Notes under the pieces: model-generated | Database searches by the model: none | What the model was told of the DNA's origin: nothing | Seen by the model: only the letters and a program-made list of their open reading frames with translations | From: a virus | Lineage: Duplodnaviria; Caudoviricetes | DNA length: 64,000 nucleotides | Strand: one strand, 5' to 3' | Virus record (IMG/VR): IMGVR_UViG_3300025018_000091 | Shown here: piece after piece, positions 8,674 to 18,292 of the stretch | Layout of the letters: the number at the start of each line of letters is the position of its first letter | Numbering within the stretch: the first letter of the stretch is position 1 | Made by a program: the position numbers and the translations under genes

Positions 8674-9929
8674 GTTAAACCTTGACTTAAGTTTTTTATA
8701 AAATCTGTAATCTTAGTCATTATAGTTTTTCTCTCTGGAGAAATAGGGGTGGTTTGTGTTAATTCACTTCCGCTTGCTGGGCTTGAAACTGGTTTTGGTT
8801 TAGCGGGGGTTGGGTTTTTAGGCTCATATATGCTAATACCTGTTGGTTTATTGCTATGCTTTTCTTTTCTAGCAATATAAGTAATACCATTACTTAATGT
8901 AATAGTTATTTCAGAACCTAATGGTCTATTAAGTAAAGATTTAGCACGCGATTCAGCTTCACCAACAATAGATGGTGGTAATTGAGCAGACTTAAATCCA
9001 GGTGGCGGTCCTTTTTTATTGCTATTTATAATATAACTACGAGAACCGCTACCAGGAGAAAATGTAAGAGCTGATGATAGATCTTTATCTTCTAACGCCT
9101 TATCTAAAGTAGTATATTCTACTGTGCCATCTTTAGATGTTACAGTTACATTACCATTATCTATACCCCTTAAAAAAGTAATATACTCCTGTTGACTTAA
9201 ATCATGGGGAGTTGTTCCAATTCCACCTTGTGTTGGTTTACCTCCAGGCGTAGCCCAAATTCCATAATAAGCGGCTCTATTTTCTTTACCAGGTTCCGGC
9301 TGAACGATAGATTTAGCAAAACCATCAACTGGTTTTGATTGATCGATTTTATCTCTATTGGCAAGCTGTGAGTTAACTATATCATTATAAGCTATGGTAG
9401 CTCTAGGATCACTAATTAAGTTATCTACCACATCTTGTGGAGTATATTTTTTACCATCTATTTCAACACCAGACCCACTTAAAGGTTTAGCTGGCACTTG
9501 TTCAGAATTTCTATAAACTTCATCTGCCATTTTAGCAGTAGGTAATGACATTCCAAAATGTTGAGCAATTCTTTGTGCAATTGGTGGAGAAGGTGATACA
9601 CGAACACCATCAATAGTAAAGAAGTCTTGCATAGCCATAAAGGTTATCTTTCTTCCATCTTTAGTAGTAACTGTTACTGGAACCATTTTTGGTGGCGGCT
9701 GTTGAATTGCATACTGATAGATTAAACGATCTCTATCTTGTGGAGTTTTAGCTTTAGCGTACAATTCTTTAAAAGAAGGCTGTTTTTCGGACTCTTTTGA
9801 AGGATCAATTTTAGCAAATTTAGATATAGTGTCTTTGTTTTTAATGGTACGCAAAGCATATTTATATACTAAAGCACGACGTTCTGATTCTGTATCTAAT
9901 TTAGCTAATTTTTCTTTTAAAGTTACCAT
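8670..9929 (-). CDS. Hypothetical protein; central domain paralogous to 9991..10740
   Basis: AQRIAQHFGMSLPTAKMADEVY versus AQKIADQYDCSLPTRKMVIDIW; both have GW/GIW...GKP.QG...H...EY. Confidence 0.75.
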   Translation of the reverse strand: MVTLKEKLAKLDTESERRALVYKYALRTIKNKDTISKFAKIDPSKESEKQPSFKELYAKAKTPQDRDRLIYQYAIQQPPPKMVPVTVTTKDGRKITFMAMQDFFTIDGVRVSPSPPIAQRIAQHFGMSLPTAKMADEVYRNSEQVPAKPLSGSGVEIDGKKYTPQDVVDNLISDPRATIAYNDIVNSQLANRDKIDQSKPVDGFAKSIVQPEPGKENRAAYYGIWATPGGKPTQGGIGTTPHDLSQQEYITFLRGIDNGNVTVTSKDGTVEYTTLDKALEDKDLSSALTFSPGSGSRSYIINSNKKGPPPGFKSAQLPPSIVGEAESRAKSLLNRPLGSEITITLSNGITYIARKEKHSNKPTGISIYEPKNPTPAKPKPVSSPASGSELTQTTPISPERKTIMTKITDFIKNLSQGLT

Positions 9930-9990
9930 GATATCTCTTTAGTATTTTTGAAAGGTTAGAATTATTGAACTGGATTATGCTTCCATATTA

Positions 9991-10740
9991 TTAGTATTTA
10001 ACAAATGTTAAAATACCTTCATCACTAATAAGATAAGATAATGTAGCATCATTATATATATCTTGTATTCTAACTGGAGAATGATTAAGCATAGCATCAT
10101 TAGCAACTAATCTAATTCCATGACTATAATCTTCATAAGTATCTTCATGACTCCAGTAATTCAATCCTTGAATTGGTTTTCCGTTTGATTGAATCCACCC
10201 AAATATAACTACCTTTTTATTTGGATTGTTTGGGGCAATCTTGTTGCTTAATACAACATCTTTTTTGTGCCCAGATATAAGTTTAGATATGTCTTTGCCT
10301 ACAAGCTGATTTTGAATTCTTTGATTATGTATCTGTATTCTGTTAGTGCTCATCATACTAGCATCATATGGAGGTCCCCAAGGCAAAGGAGCTAATTGAT
10401 AAGTTGATTGCTTCCAAATATCAATCACCATTTTTCTAGTTGGTAAAGAGCAATCATATTGATCTGCTATTTTTTGAGCCGTCAAAGGATTCATGGGCAT
10501 TCTAACATAATCAGAATCAGACCCTATGGATATATAATCAGAACTAACCAAATAAGTTAAAGTATTATTATCATCAGTAACAGTAATTTGAGTAAATTTT
10601 CTAAGAAAATCTGGTATATTTCCATCAAGAAATTCTTTAAGAATATTAGTTTCTCTCACAGATCGATTTACATTCATATTGTTATTAATGAATTCTGTAC
10701 CAAAAACTGCATTAGGTTGTCTTAGGGCTATCAAAGTCAT
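9991..10740 (-). CDS. Conserved hypothetical protein, possible enzyme
   Basis: GHKKDVV, FGW, HEDTYEDYSHGIRLV motifs; paralogue of the downstream gene. Confidence 0.75.
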   Translation of the reverse strand: MTLIALRQPNAVFGTEFINNNMNVNRSVRETNILKEFLDGNIPDFLRKFTQITVTDDNNTLTYLVSSDYISIGSDSDYVRMPMNPLTAQKIADQYDCSLPTRKMVIDIWKQSTYQLAPLPWGPPYDASMMSTNRIQIHNQRIQNQLVGKDISKLISGHKKDVVLSNKIAPNNPNKKVVIFGWIQSNGKPIQGLNYWSHEDTYEDYSHGIRLVANDAMLNHSPVRIQDIYNDATLSYLISDEGILTFVKY

Positions 10741-10766
10741 AATAACATGCAGTTATAATAGAAGGG

Positions 10767-11078
10767 TTAAGTTTTGAATATATCTTTTAGTATAATATGA
10801 ACGCCTAAAATATTATTAAGCTTTTCAACAAACCTTTCTACTGTATTGATTAAATTAGGTTTTTCTTGATAAGCTTTTTGGTCTATATATGGAGATTTTA
10901 AGTCCGGAAATGTTACCTCTAAATTACATATAGGCTCATCAACACTTGCATGAAATTTTAGATCTTGAATACATCCAACAGTTTCATCACCAATAGTAAA
11001 GATTACATTACTAGGTTTAATTTGATTATTATCATCCAATGTAATAATTATTTTTAATTCTTTGGTACTATTTGTCAT
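10767..11078 (-). CDS. Hypothetical protein
   Basis: 103-aa ORF with AAGGGAG RBS. Confidence 0.7.
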   Translation of the reverse strand: MTNSTKELKIIITLDDNNQIKPSNVIFTIGDETVGCIQDLKFHASVDEPICNLEVTFPDLKSPYIDQKAYQEKPNLINTVERFVEKLNNILGVHIILKDIFKT

Positions 11079-11089
11079 AATTGTCTCCC

Positions 11090-11119
11090 TTGACAGTTAT
11101 TTAGAAATGATTATATAGT
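11090..11119 (+). promoter_or_regulatory. Sigma70-like promoter for the nucleotide-metabolism operon
   Basis: TTGACA-18 nt-TATAGT. Confidence 0.6.
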
Positions 11120-11264
11120 TATATATAACAAACTCAATGTTTTTAGATAACCATTCGATTAGAGACTTAGCAGATTTTTTATTGGTTACACATTTTACAT
11201 GAAAATCTTAAGCTTTACAAACAATGATATATGATGTATTATTGATGCCACAAAGGAATTATTT

Positions 11265-12275
11265 ATGTCTTATAGTATTAGGGATGGACTTACTTTTGAT
11301 GATGTCCTGCTTGTTCCGCAACATTCTGAGGGAGACAGTAGATCTAATGTTGATATTTCTGTTACAATTAAAGATATAATATACTCCCATCCTATTATTC
11401 CTGCCAATATGCAGACAATAACTGGTCATGAAATGGCTCAGTCTGTATCAAGAAGTGGAGGATTAGCACTTATTCACAGATTTATGCCAATAGAAGATCA
11501 GTTAAAAATAGCAAAAGCTGAAGGTGATAGATCTAAATCTATTGGGTTTTCTATTGGTGTTAAAGAAGAACATAAAGAAAATATTAAAATGTTTTATGAT
11601 CTGGGTGCCAGGATATTTTGTATAGACATAGCGCATGGAGATTCTGATAGTGCAATTAAAATGACGCAATGGATAAGTGATAAATATCTTGATGCTATTA
11701 TTATTGCAGGAAATGTAGCAACTGGTCATGGAGCTAAAAGGCTATGGCGGGCTGGTGCTGATATAGTAAAAGTCGGTGTTGGACCGGGAAGTTTATGCAC
11801 TACAAGAATAGAAACTGGAAATGGTGTTCCTCAATTAACAGCATTAATGGATGTTGCTGAAGCTAAAAAAGATTTACCATATCCAGAGTCCGTTTTTATT
11901 ATAGCTGATGGTGGGATTAAAAATGCTGGCGATATCGTTAAAGCGTTATGCTTTGCTGATATGGTAATGGCAGGAAATATATTCGCTGGCTGTAATGAAA
12001 CTCCGGGTACAATTTTATCTATTATGGGTAAAACCTATAAAGAATATAAAGGTAGTTCTACACATAAAACTAATCATGTTGAAGGTGTGGCAGCTATTGT
12101 GCCAACTAAAGGATCATATATAAATGTCCTTAATAAATTATTAGAAGGTTTACGTTCTGGTTGTTCGTATCAAGGCGCACATAATCTACAAGAATTAAAA
12201 GAAAATCCAGAGTTTGTCAAAATAACAAATGCTGGATTAGTTGAAAGTCACCCCCATAATATCATTATGGGATAA
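11265..12275 (+). CDS. IMP dehydrogenase / GMP reductase family protein, no CBS domains
   Basis: [50 protein letters not shown]; IMPDH and GMPR cannot be separated by eye. Confidence 0.92.
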   Translation: MSYSIRDGLTFDDVLLVPQHSEGDSRSNVDISVTIKDIIYSHPIIPANMQTITGHEMAQSVSRSGGLALIHRFMPIEDQLKIAKAEGDRSKSIGFSIGVKEEHKENIKMFYDLGARIFCIDIAHGDSDSAIKMTQWISDKYLDAIIIAGNVATGHGAKRLWRAGADIVKVGVGPGSLCTTRIETGNGVPQLTALMDVAEAKKDLPYPESVFIIADGGIKNAGDIVKALCFADMVMAGNIFAGCNETPGTILSIMGKTYKEYKGSSTHKTNHVEGVAAIVPTKGSYINVLNKLLEGLRSGCSYQGAHNLQELKENPEFVKITNAGLVESHPHNIIMG

Positions 12276-12286
12276 GGAAAATAAAT

Positions 12287-12478
12287 ATGGATACTATGAA
12301 AATAGTTAGAGCTATAGTAGCGATTTTTACACTGTTAGTATTTCTTGGATGTTGGTTCTTAGCAATTATGACATTCATATCAGGTAGCTATATGGTAGGT
12401 TTTGCAATATCTGTTGTTGCATCAATGCTAGGGTATTTTATAGTTAATGATTATATGAAGTATTTTAAGGGGCAATGA
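12287..12478 (+). CDS. Small membrane protein with two hydrophobic helices
   Basis: 63 aa, two hydrophobic stretches, AAGGA RBS. Confidence 0.7.
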   Translation: MDTMKIVRAIVAIFTLLVFLGCWFLAIMTFISGSYMVGFAISVVASMLGYFIVNDYMKYFKGQ

Positions 12479-12479
12479 T

Positions 12480-13346
12480 ATGAATAATCAGACAAATGAT
12501 GAAAAGAATTATTTAAAACTACTTAACAAAATATTAACTTCTGGTGAAGAGTCTTTAGACAGAACAGGTGTTGGGACTTTTAGATTATTTGGAGAAAAAT
12601 TATCATTTTCTCTAGAAAATGATGCAATCCCGCTCATAACAACTAAACGAATGTTTATAAGAGGCATTGTTGAAGAGTTACTGTTTTTCTTAAGAGGAGA
12701 ATCTGATACTAAAAAACTAGAAGCTAAAGGGGTGAAAATCTGGAAGGGTAATACAACCAGAGAGTTTCTTGATAAAAGAGGATTACATTATCTCCCCGAA
12801 GGAAATATGGGTAAAATGTATGGAAAACAATGGAGAGATTGGGGAGGAACAAAAGATAAAAAGGGTATAGATCAAATTTCTGAAACGATTAATCTCTTAA
12901 AAAAAGATCCATATAGTCGTAGAATTACTGTTAGTGCTTTAAATGTAGCAGAACTCCCAGAAATGTCTTTACATCCATGTCATCCATTATTTCAGTTTTA
13001 TGTTAATGATGATAAATTATCATGTTTATTTTTTATGAGATCTGTAGATATGTTTTTAGGTTTTCCATTTAACATTACAAGTTATGCTATACTTACACAT
13101 ATTATAGCAAAAATTACTAATTTAAAATCACATAGACTGATTTTTATGAGTGGGGATACACATATTTACAAAAATCATATAGAACAGGTAAAAGAACAGA
13201 TTTCGCGAGAACCGTACGATTTTCCAACCTTAAGAATCACAAAAGAACTAAACTCAATAGAGGACATTGAATCTCTAGAATTTAAAGATTTTGTAATTGA
13301 AGGATATAAAAGTCATCCCTCTATTAAGGCAGAAATGGCTGTATAA
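12480..13346 (+). CDS. thyA: Thymidylate synthase
   Basis: DRTGVGT, EELLFFL, YGKQWR, LHPCH, RSVDMFLGFPFN, DTHIYKNH. Confidence 0.97.
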   Translation: MNNQTNDEKNYLKLLNKILTSGEESLDRTGVGTFRLFGEKLSFSLENDAIPLITTKRMFIRGIVEELLFFLRGESDTKKLEAKGVKIWKGNTTREFLDKRGLHYLPEGNMGKMYGKQWRDWGGTKDKKGIDQISETINLLKKDPYSRRITVSALNVAELPEMSLHPCHPLFQFYVNDDKLSCLFFMRSVDMFLGFPFNITSYAILTHIIAKITNLKSHRLIFMSGDTHIYKNHIEQVKEQISREPYDFPTLRITKELNSIEDIESLEFKDFVIEGYKSHPSIKAEMAV

Positions 13347-13738
13347 TGGCTAATATACCCGGACTATTCTATACTTTACCTGGAGTTACATACGCTACTG
13401 TGGCTGAAGAACCTCCAAAAGATTATGTGTTTACACATAATAATACTACACTAACTATAACTATAGATGGATCTATAATCATTGATGGAAATTATAGAGA
13501 TGCAGCAAAGGCATTATTTAATCACGTATTAGAGCGACTAGATTACTTAGATAGCGATAGAACTATATTGCCAAATAAAAAACTGACCTTCATGAAATTG
13601 AATAAGGTCAGCTTAAGTCTTGATAAAAAGATAATATTATCTTATCCTTGGGCAAAAGGCGATGACCCTGTGCCAGAGGAATTTTTTCGTTTACGAATAG
13701 AATTTGATAAACTAACAAAACTAATGGTATTCATATGA
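13346..13738 (+). CDS. Hypothetical protein ending KLTKLMVFI, between thyA and folA
   Basis: 130-aa ORF coupled at both ends. Confidence 0.7.
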   Translation: MANIPGLFYTLPGVTYATVAEEPPKDYVFTHNNTTLTITIDGSIIIDGNYRDAAKALFNHVLERLDYLDSDRTILPNKKLTFMKLNKVSLSLDKKIILSYPWAKGDDPVPEEFFRLRIEFDKLTKLMVFI

Positions 13739-14286
13739 TAGGAATGATAGCAGCAGCTTCAATTAATGGAGTAATTGGTGTAAATAACAAACTACCATTT
13801 CATTATCCAGATGATATGCGACATTTTAGAGAAACAACTGCAGATTCAGTTATTATTATGGGTCGCAAAACCTTTGAAAGTATTGGTAAAGCTTTGCCAA
13901 AACGAGAAAATATCGTTATCACGTCTCAAAACTTAGAAATTCCTCGCGTGACGTGTTGCTCGTCGGTAGCCCAGGCGCTTCTTAACGAAAGTATAAAAAT
14001 ACGTGAACAGTCTATAAACATATGGTTCATCGGAGGCGCTAGCATATATCAAGAAGGAATGTTATATGCAGATGAAATTCATTTAACATTAACTCCCGAT
14101 TATATCGAGGAGAAAAACGTTGTAAAATTTCCATTCATTAATCCATTAATGTTTGAATTGTGTGGATATACACAATTGTCTGACCCACCAAGCGAAAAAC
14201 TTGTGTGTGCTGTATACAAACGTAAAAAACAAAATCATTATTATGAAAAAGTCATTAGCGAAACTAAGATTAACAAAGATATCTAG
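13735..14286 (+). CDS. folA: Dihydrofolate reductase
   Basis: NGVIG..NKLP, DMRHF, IMGRKTFESIGKALPKRENIVIT, FIGGASIY. Confidence 0.95.
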   Translation: MIGMIAAASINGVIGVNNKLPFHYPDDMRHFRETTADSVIIMGRKTFESIGKALPKRENIVITSQNLEIPRVTCCSSVAQALLNESIKIREQSINIWFIGGASIYQEGMLYADEIHLTLTPDYIEEKNVVKFPFINPLMFELCGYTQLSDPPSEKLVCAVYKRKKQNHYYEKVISETKINKDI

Positions 14287-14536
14287 ACGACCTAGACCTG
14301 TAAAAGGAACTGAATGGAGAACGCCTACCATTGAACAGTATAATGGTAGCGTTTGGACAGTTAGATGCGTCTTTTTAGAAAAATTAACAGATGAGAATAC
14401 AGCAATGGTAGAAGTTCAATGCTTCGAGGAGGCAGAACCATTCATACATGTTCCCAGCAAAATTATAAAGTTGTTTACTGGGACTTATGACAAACCATAT
14501 GACTGCTCGTGTGAGATAATCAAAGAGATTTCGTAA
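14243..14536 (+). CDS. Hypothetical protein
   Basis: Probable start MKKSLAK at 14243, overlapping the folA 3' end. Confidence 0.55.
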   Translation: MKKSLAKLRLTKISRRPRPVKGTEWRTPTIEQYNGSVWTVRCVFLEKLTDENTAMVEVQCFEEAEPFIHVPSKIIKLFTGTYDKPYDCSCEIIKEIS

Positions 14537-15251
14537 TATTATAATACATATCAGCAAATTTTTCTAAACTATTTATTTTATGAGACAGAGTTTTTCTATT
14601 CTGATTTGCAAGATGCCTGCTTACATCAAATGAGCGGGTTTTTTTTTCGTCTTCATCTGATAACCACATCTTATCATCTTTTTTTGGAAGAGAATATGGT
14701 GGTACCATGATATAATCAGCTGGGTTTTTAGGAACCCCATTAATTCTAATCTCAAAGTGAATATGAGGGTAGGTTCCTTTTGCATTACCACTATCACCTA
14801 CCGTTCCTAAAACGGTACTTTTATCAACATGTTGACCAGGGTATACAGAAATAGTGCCCATGTGCATATAAGATGTTGTAAATCCTTCTGAAACGGATGG
14901 GTGTTTTATTTTCAGAATATTTCCACCTTTTGGAGCCGCCCCAACATTGGTAACAATTCCATCAGTGATAGGATATACTGGAGAACCACCAGCAATTCTT
15001 AAATCCACTCCATCATGTTTCCCTTTATGTCTTTCATCACCAACTCCAAATACTCCAGTACAATAATATGTGCCACGTATAGGATTTTGGAAATTGGTAA
15101 CTTCTGAGGTTAATTTCTTAGATTCAGGCTTCATGGATGATGGAGTTCCTCGCATATATTGTAACCAATCTTGCCATCCACTTGTTGGTGCCTTCTTATC
15201 TTTTGAAACAAGAGAAATTACTTGGCTCAATAGTTCATCTGGAGTAATCAT
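14520..15251 (-). CDS. M23-family metallopeptidase (peptidoglycan hydrolase)
   Basis: HDGVDL, YMHM, PHIHFEIRING.P.NP; probable start MITPDEL at 15251. Confidence 0.9.
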   Translation of the reverse strand: MITPDELLSQVISLVSKDKKAPTSGWQDWLQYMRGTPSSMKPESKKLTSEVTNFQNPIRGTYYCTGVFGVGDERHKGKHDGVDLRIAGGSPVYPITDGIVTNVGAAPKGGNILKIKHPSVSEGFTTSYMHMGTISVYPGQHVDKSTVLGTVGDSGNAKGTYPHIHFEIRINGVPKNPADYIMVPPYSLPKKDDKMWLSDEDEKKTRSFDVSRHLANQNRKTLSHKINSLEKFADMYYNITKSL

Positions 15252-15281
15252 AGAAATATGCTTTATTATGGGCATAGAAAC

Positions 15282-15316
15282 AAAAAAAAAAAAAAAGGCA
15301 GCCGGTTAGAGCTGCC
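15282..15316 (-). terminator. Intrinsic terminator
   Basis: GGCAGC-8 nt-GCTGCC stem followed by 15 T on the minus strand. Confidence 0.85.
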
Positions 15317-15337
15317 ATTTACAAAAACGTTTAATTA

Positions 15338-15814
15338 TTAGACTTCTTCGTAATAATATACGCTGGTTCCAGTTTTAATCATTTGTTTATCTAATAGTTG
15401 AGGTAATTCTGGTATCAAATCTACTAATAACATAGAGACGTGTACAGATGCTTTTTCATATTTTGCCATATCATTTACCTTTTTTAGGCAAACTTCTAAA
15501 GCTTCTAGGTCTGTTTGAAGCTCTTCTGTCTGGCAAAGCATATGAAGTACCCAGGTATCACTTTGTACTGCGGTTGTATTAATAGCGCCTAATTTATAAG
15601 CTCCTGTCTTTGTAGCAAACCAACCACGACTTTCTTGCTTTACCTGTCTCCATTTCTTTTCAAAAATTGGGAACAATGGATTTTCAGGTTTTCCTGCCAT
15701 ATTGTTTACAGATAGCACAAATCTAAGACCTGCATTTTCTGGAGCTAGAATTGTGCCTTTAATAGTCTTAGTCTTACCTTGGGTTTGAAATCTGTTCATA
15801 TCTACGTTTGTCAT
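15338..15814 (-). CDS. Macro-domain-like protein (degenerate)
   Basis: IKGTIL.P, NNMAGK, YKLGAI, HMLCQ, ALEVCLKKV...A..EKASVHV, VYYY follow the macro-domain pattern, but the GxGxxGG loop is absent. Confidence 0.55.
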   Translation of the reverse strand: MTNVDMNRFQTQGKTKTIKGTILAPENAGLRFVLSVNNMAGKPENPLFPIFEKKWRQVKQESRGWFATKTGAYKLGAINTTAVQSDTWVLHMLCQTEELQTDLEALEVCLKKVNDMAKYEKASVHVSMLLVDLIPELPQLLDKQMIKTGTSVYYYEEV

Positions 15815-15847
15815 ATTTTGTCCTTTATCTCCACAGATACGAATATA

Positions 15848-16528
15848 TCAATGCCTACGAGAATTTTCTTCGTCTTTTGGTTCTAAAATTATATCTCTTA
15901 TTTGTTGTAACATAGCTAAGCATTCTTTTTTAGAATTAATTTTATCTAAATCAAATTGAACTGCTCTAAATCCAAATTCTTTAGATACAAGTAAATTTTG
16001 TGATAAATCGTCTAGATATACACATCCAGTAAACTTGGGGTATCTTTGAAGGAAACTTTGATAATATAGGGATTGTGGCTTTCTGACGCCAATATCACAA
16101 CTAAAATGTCTAATTGCATGTTTGAAGATACCATGATGATGCATGTTAGTATATTCTGTATTAAAAAATCTATTTATCATTTGGGCATGATCTGTACCAA
16201 CATTTGATAATAAGGCAATATTAATCTGATTATCATCATCGTACATTTTTTCAAAGAAATCTAAAACACTCCAATCAAAAACTACAACTTCTTTATCCCA
16301 AATAGTTAAAATCTTGTCCATAATTACAGAAGATTTAATTTGAAATTCAGAAGCTAATACATCTTTCATATCTAACAAACCAACATCCCGCATCTTTTGT
16401 GAACGATTGACTCTTTGACCAACCTCCCATGTAGATATATTTGTTGCCTCTGATATTGCAAAAGTAAATTTTCTAAAATCTATTCTGCACAATACATTTC
16501 CCATATCTAAAGCTAAATATCTTTTCAT
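15848..16528 (-). CDS. HAD-superfamily hydrolase
   Basis: LALDMGNVL, LLSN, FSCDIGVRKP, YLDD. Confidence 0.85.
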   Translation of the reverse strand: MKRYLALDMGNVLCRIDFRKFTFAISEATNISTWEVGQRVNRSQKMRDVGLLDMKDVLASEFQIKSSVIMDKILTIWDKEVVVFDWSVLDFFEKMYDDDNQINIALLSNVGTDHAQMINRFFNTEYTNMHHHGIFKHAIRHFSCDIGVRKPQSLYYQSFLQRYPKFTGCVYLDDLSQNLLVSKEFGFRAVQFDLDKINSKKECLAMLQQIRDIILEPKDEENSRRH

Positions 16529-17511
16529 ATATCTTCTATTCTTTCATGTAAAAATTTAATGTTTTCATCATATCTTGTATTAACTGATTTTGAAAAATTT
16601 AAATCACTATCTAAATCATAAATAATATCACTTAATCCAAAATGTTCTGATGCCAGACTGTTAATAATGCATTCTGTATCATTATAATCTATTGTAATTA
16701 AACTATATTTACCATTGTAGTATGCATCAGCCAATAAACTTGTTTGACCACTGCAAACAAATAAGTTTGCATTATATAGATTACATGTATATTCATCAAT
16801 ATTTGACATGTCTTTCAATATAATGTTAGGATAATCTTCATTACAATCTTCAGAAAAAATAATAGAGTCTGTGTATCTTTTTAGAAGACCAATGATATTT
16901 TTATTGGGTTGAATCATTCCTGCCACAATATTATGTTTACATATCACAGATGGTTTACCAATAGTATGATAAGGTCTTATCCATTCAAATTCTTCTTTTA
17001 ATTTCAAATCACTATTTGCATCTCCTAAATGAGAATATACAAAATTATAATTGGAATTATCAATCATATTCATAATCCTTTGATTATTTAGAGGAACTTT
17101 ATGAAATAGATAATAGAATCTTTTGAAGAGACCTAAGTTATATTTCTGTTCTTGTGGCAATGCAAAATTTAATAATGAAGAGCTGCATTGCCATAATGTA
17201 GTATTCAATACCATAGCAATATGAGATGTGAAATATTCACAGTCACTTATTATCAAATCAGGATTAAAACTTTTTACTTGATGAAAATATGTTTCAAAAT
17301 TTTCATTGTCTAATGATATATGCTCTGGTTTGAACATATTATAAAGACAATCTAAGGTCCAATCTATATTGATATTATTAGGACTGGATTTTTTATATGT
17401 GGCTATTTTTAATTGATGTGGCTGATTTTTTATTGCATCAACAAATCTCTCCAATTGGATTTTAGAATTAGTATGATTAGAACATGCATACAATATTTTT
17501 AATCTATCCAT
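16525..17511 (-). CDS. Putative GT-B-fold glycosyltransferase-like protein with a replacement N-terminus
   Basis: KILYA, PDLIISDCE, FVCSGQTSLLADA resemble GT-B nucleotide-binding segments; ATG overlaps the endonuclease stop. Confidence 0.55.
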   Translation of the reverse strand: MDRLKILYACSNHTNSKIQLERFVDAIKNQPHQLKIATYKKSSPNNINIDWTLDCLYNMFKPEHISLDNENFETYFHQVKSFNPDLIISDCEYFTSHIAMVLNTTLWQCSSSLLNFALPQEQKYNLGLFKRFYYLFHKVPLNNQRIMNMIDNSNYNFVYSHLGDANSDLKLKEEFEWIRPYHTIGKPSVICKHNIVAGMIQPNKNIIGLLKRYTDSIIFSEDCNEDYPNIILKDMSNIDEYTCNLYNANLFVCSGQTSLLADAYYNGKYSLITIDYNDTECIINSLASEHFGLSDIIYDLDSDLNFSKSVNTRYDENIKFLHERIEDI

Positions 17512-18215
17512 GATTTATTGTTTTTTATTCTAGATATAGTATCTCTATGTACACCAAATAATACCGCAATTTTTTTATTAGAAACACCCCGCGTAATAAG
17601 ATATCTAATAATATTTACTTGTTCTTCAGTTAATTTAGCTGTAGCTAAACGATGTTCCTTACTTTTAGGAATACCTCTTTTAGATTGTGATATTTTATTG
17701 CAAAAATCTTGAGATCTTTTTCTGCCTTTTAATGGTGAGTTTTTATTTTGATTTGGATGTTTTCCTGGTTCATATTTATTGGTGAGAGATTTGGATATTT
17801 TTTCTTTTATATCTTCAGGTGTTGATTTACCTTTATTCCAAGGATCTTTTCCCAAATGCGCTTCAGATATTTTACGTCTAGCCTCTTTAGACATTTTATG
17901 TCCAGAAGTTCCGTCACCACCATCAGTTAAATTGTATAGGCAGTATCCATCATTCTTTAATTTTAGAATCCATTCTTGTTCAAGAGCAAATGCAATATTT
18001 TCTTCTACAATATCATCTACTATAGATGTTAATAAAAAATTATCATACCCATATTTATTTAAGGCAGCATGTAAATAATAATATGAATTTGGATATTTTG
18101 TTTTTCCACCTCTAGCGATTTTTAAGTGATCTCTAAATCTATCATGTAAATTTTTAGTTTTACCAACATAAATTTTACCATTTATTGTATTTATTAAAAA
18201 ATATATGCAATACAT
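17499..18215 (-). CDS. GIY-YIG homing endonuclease with NUMOD3 repeats and C-terminal HTH
   Basis: CIYFLINTINGKIYVGKT, YNLTDGGDG, RRKISEAHLGK, SRIKNNKSW. Confidence 0.92.
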   Translation of the reverse strand: MYCIYFLINTINGKIYVGKTKNLHDRFRDHLKIARGGKTKYPNSYYYLHAALNKYGYDNFLLTSIVDDIVEENIAFALEQEWILKLKNDGYCLYNLTDGGDGTSGHKMSKEARRKISEAHLGKDPWNKGKSTPEDIKEKISKSLTNKYEPGKHPNQNKNSPLKGRKRSQDFCNKISQSKRGIPKSKEHRLATAKLTEEQVNIIRYLITRGVSNKKIAVLFGVHRDTISRIKNNKSWID

Positions 18216-18292
18216 ATTATATTACAATAATATTGATAGAAGCAGCAAGCGCCATAATTATTTGATGCCGCATATAATATCTTTAATTTCAT
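18194..18292 (-). pseudogene. Stranded N-terminal fragment of the 16525..17511 gene
   Basis: 32-codon mini-ORF MKLKILYAASNNYGA..., ATGA-coupled to the exonuclease stop, matching MDRLKILYACSNHTNS. Confidence 0.75.

Noticed and set aside
11120-11264. Purine riboswitch in the long leader of the IMPDH/GMPR gene
   Set aside because: None of the conserved aptamer segments are present; AT-rich, with at most a 21-codon mini-ORF.
15282-15296. 15-nt poly-A run as a phase-variable tract
   Set aside because: It is the U-tract of a terminator outside the likely M23 coding region; its length may also be a sequencing artefact.
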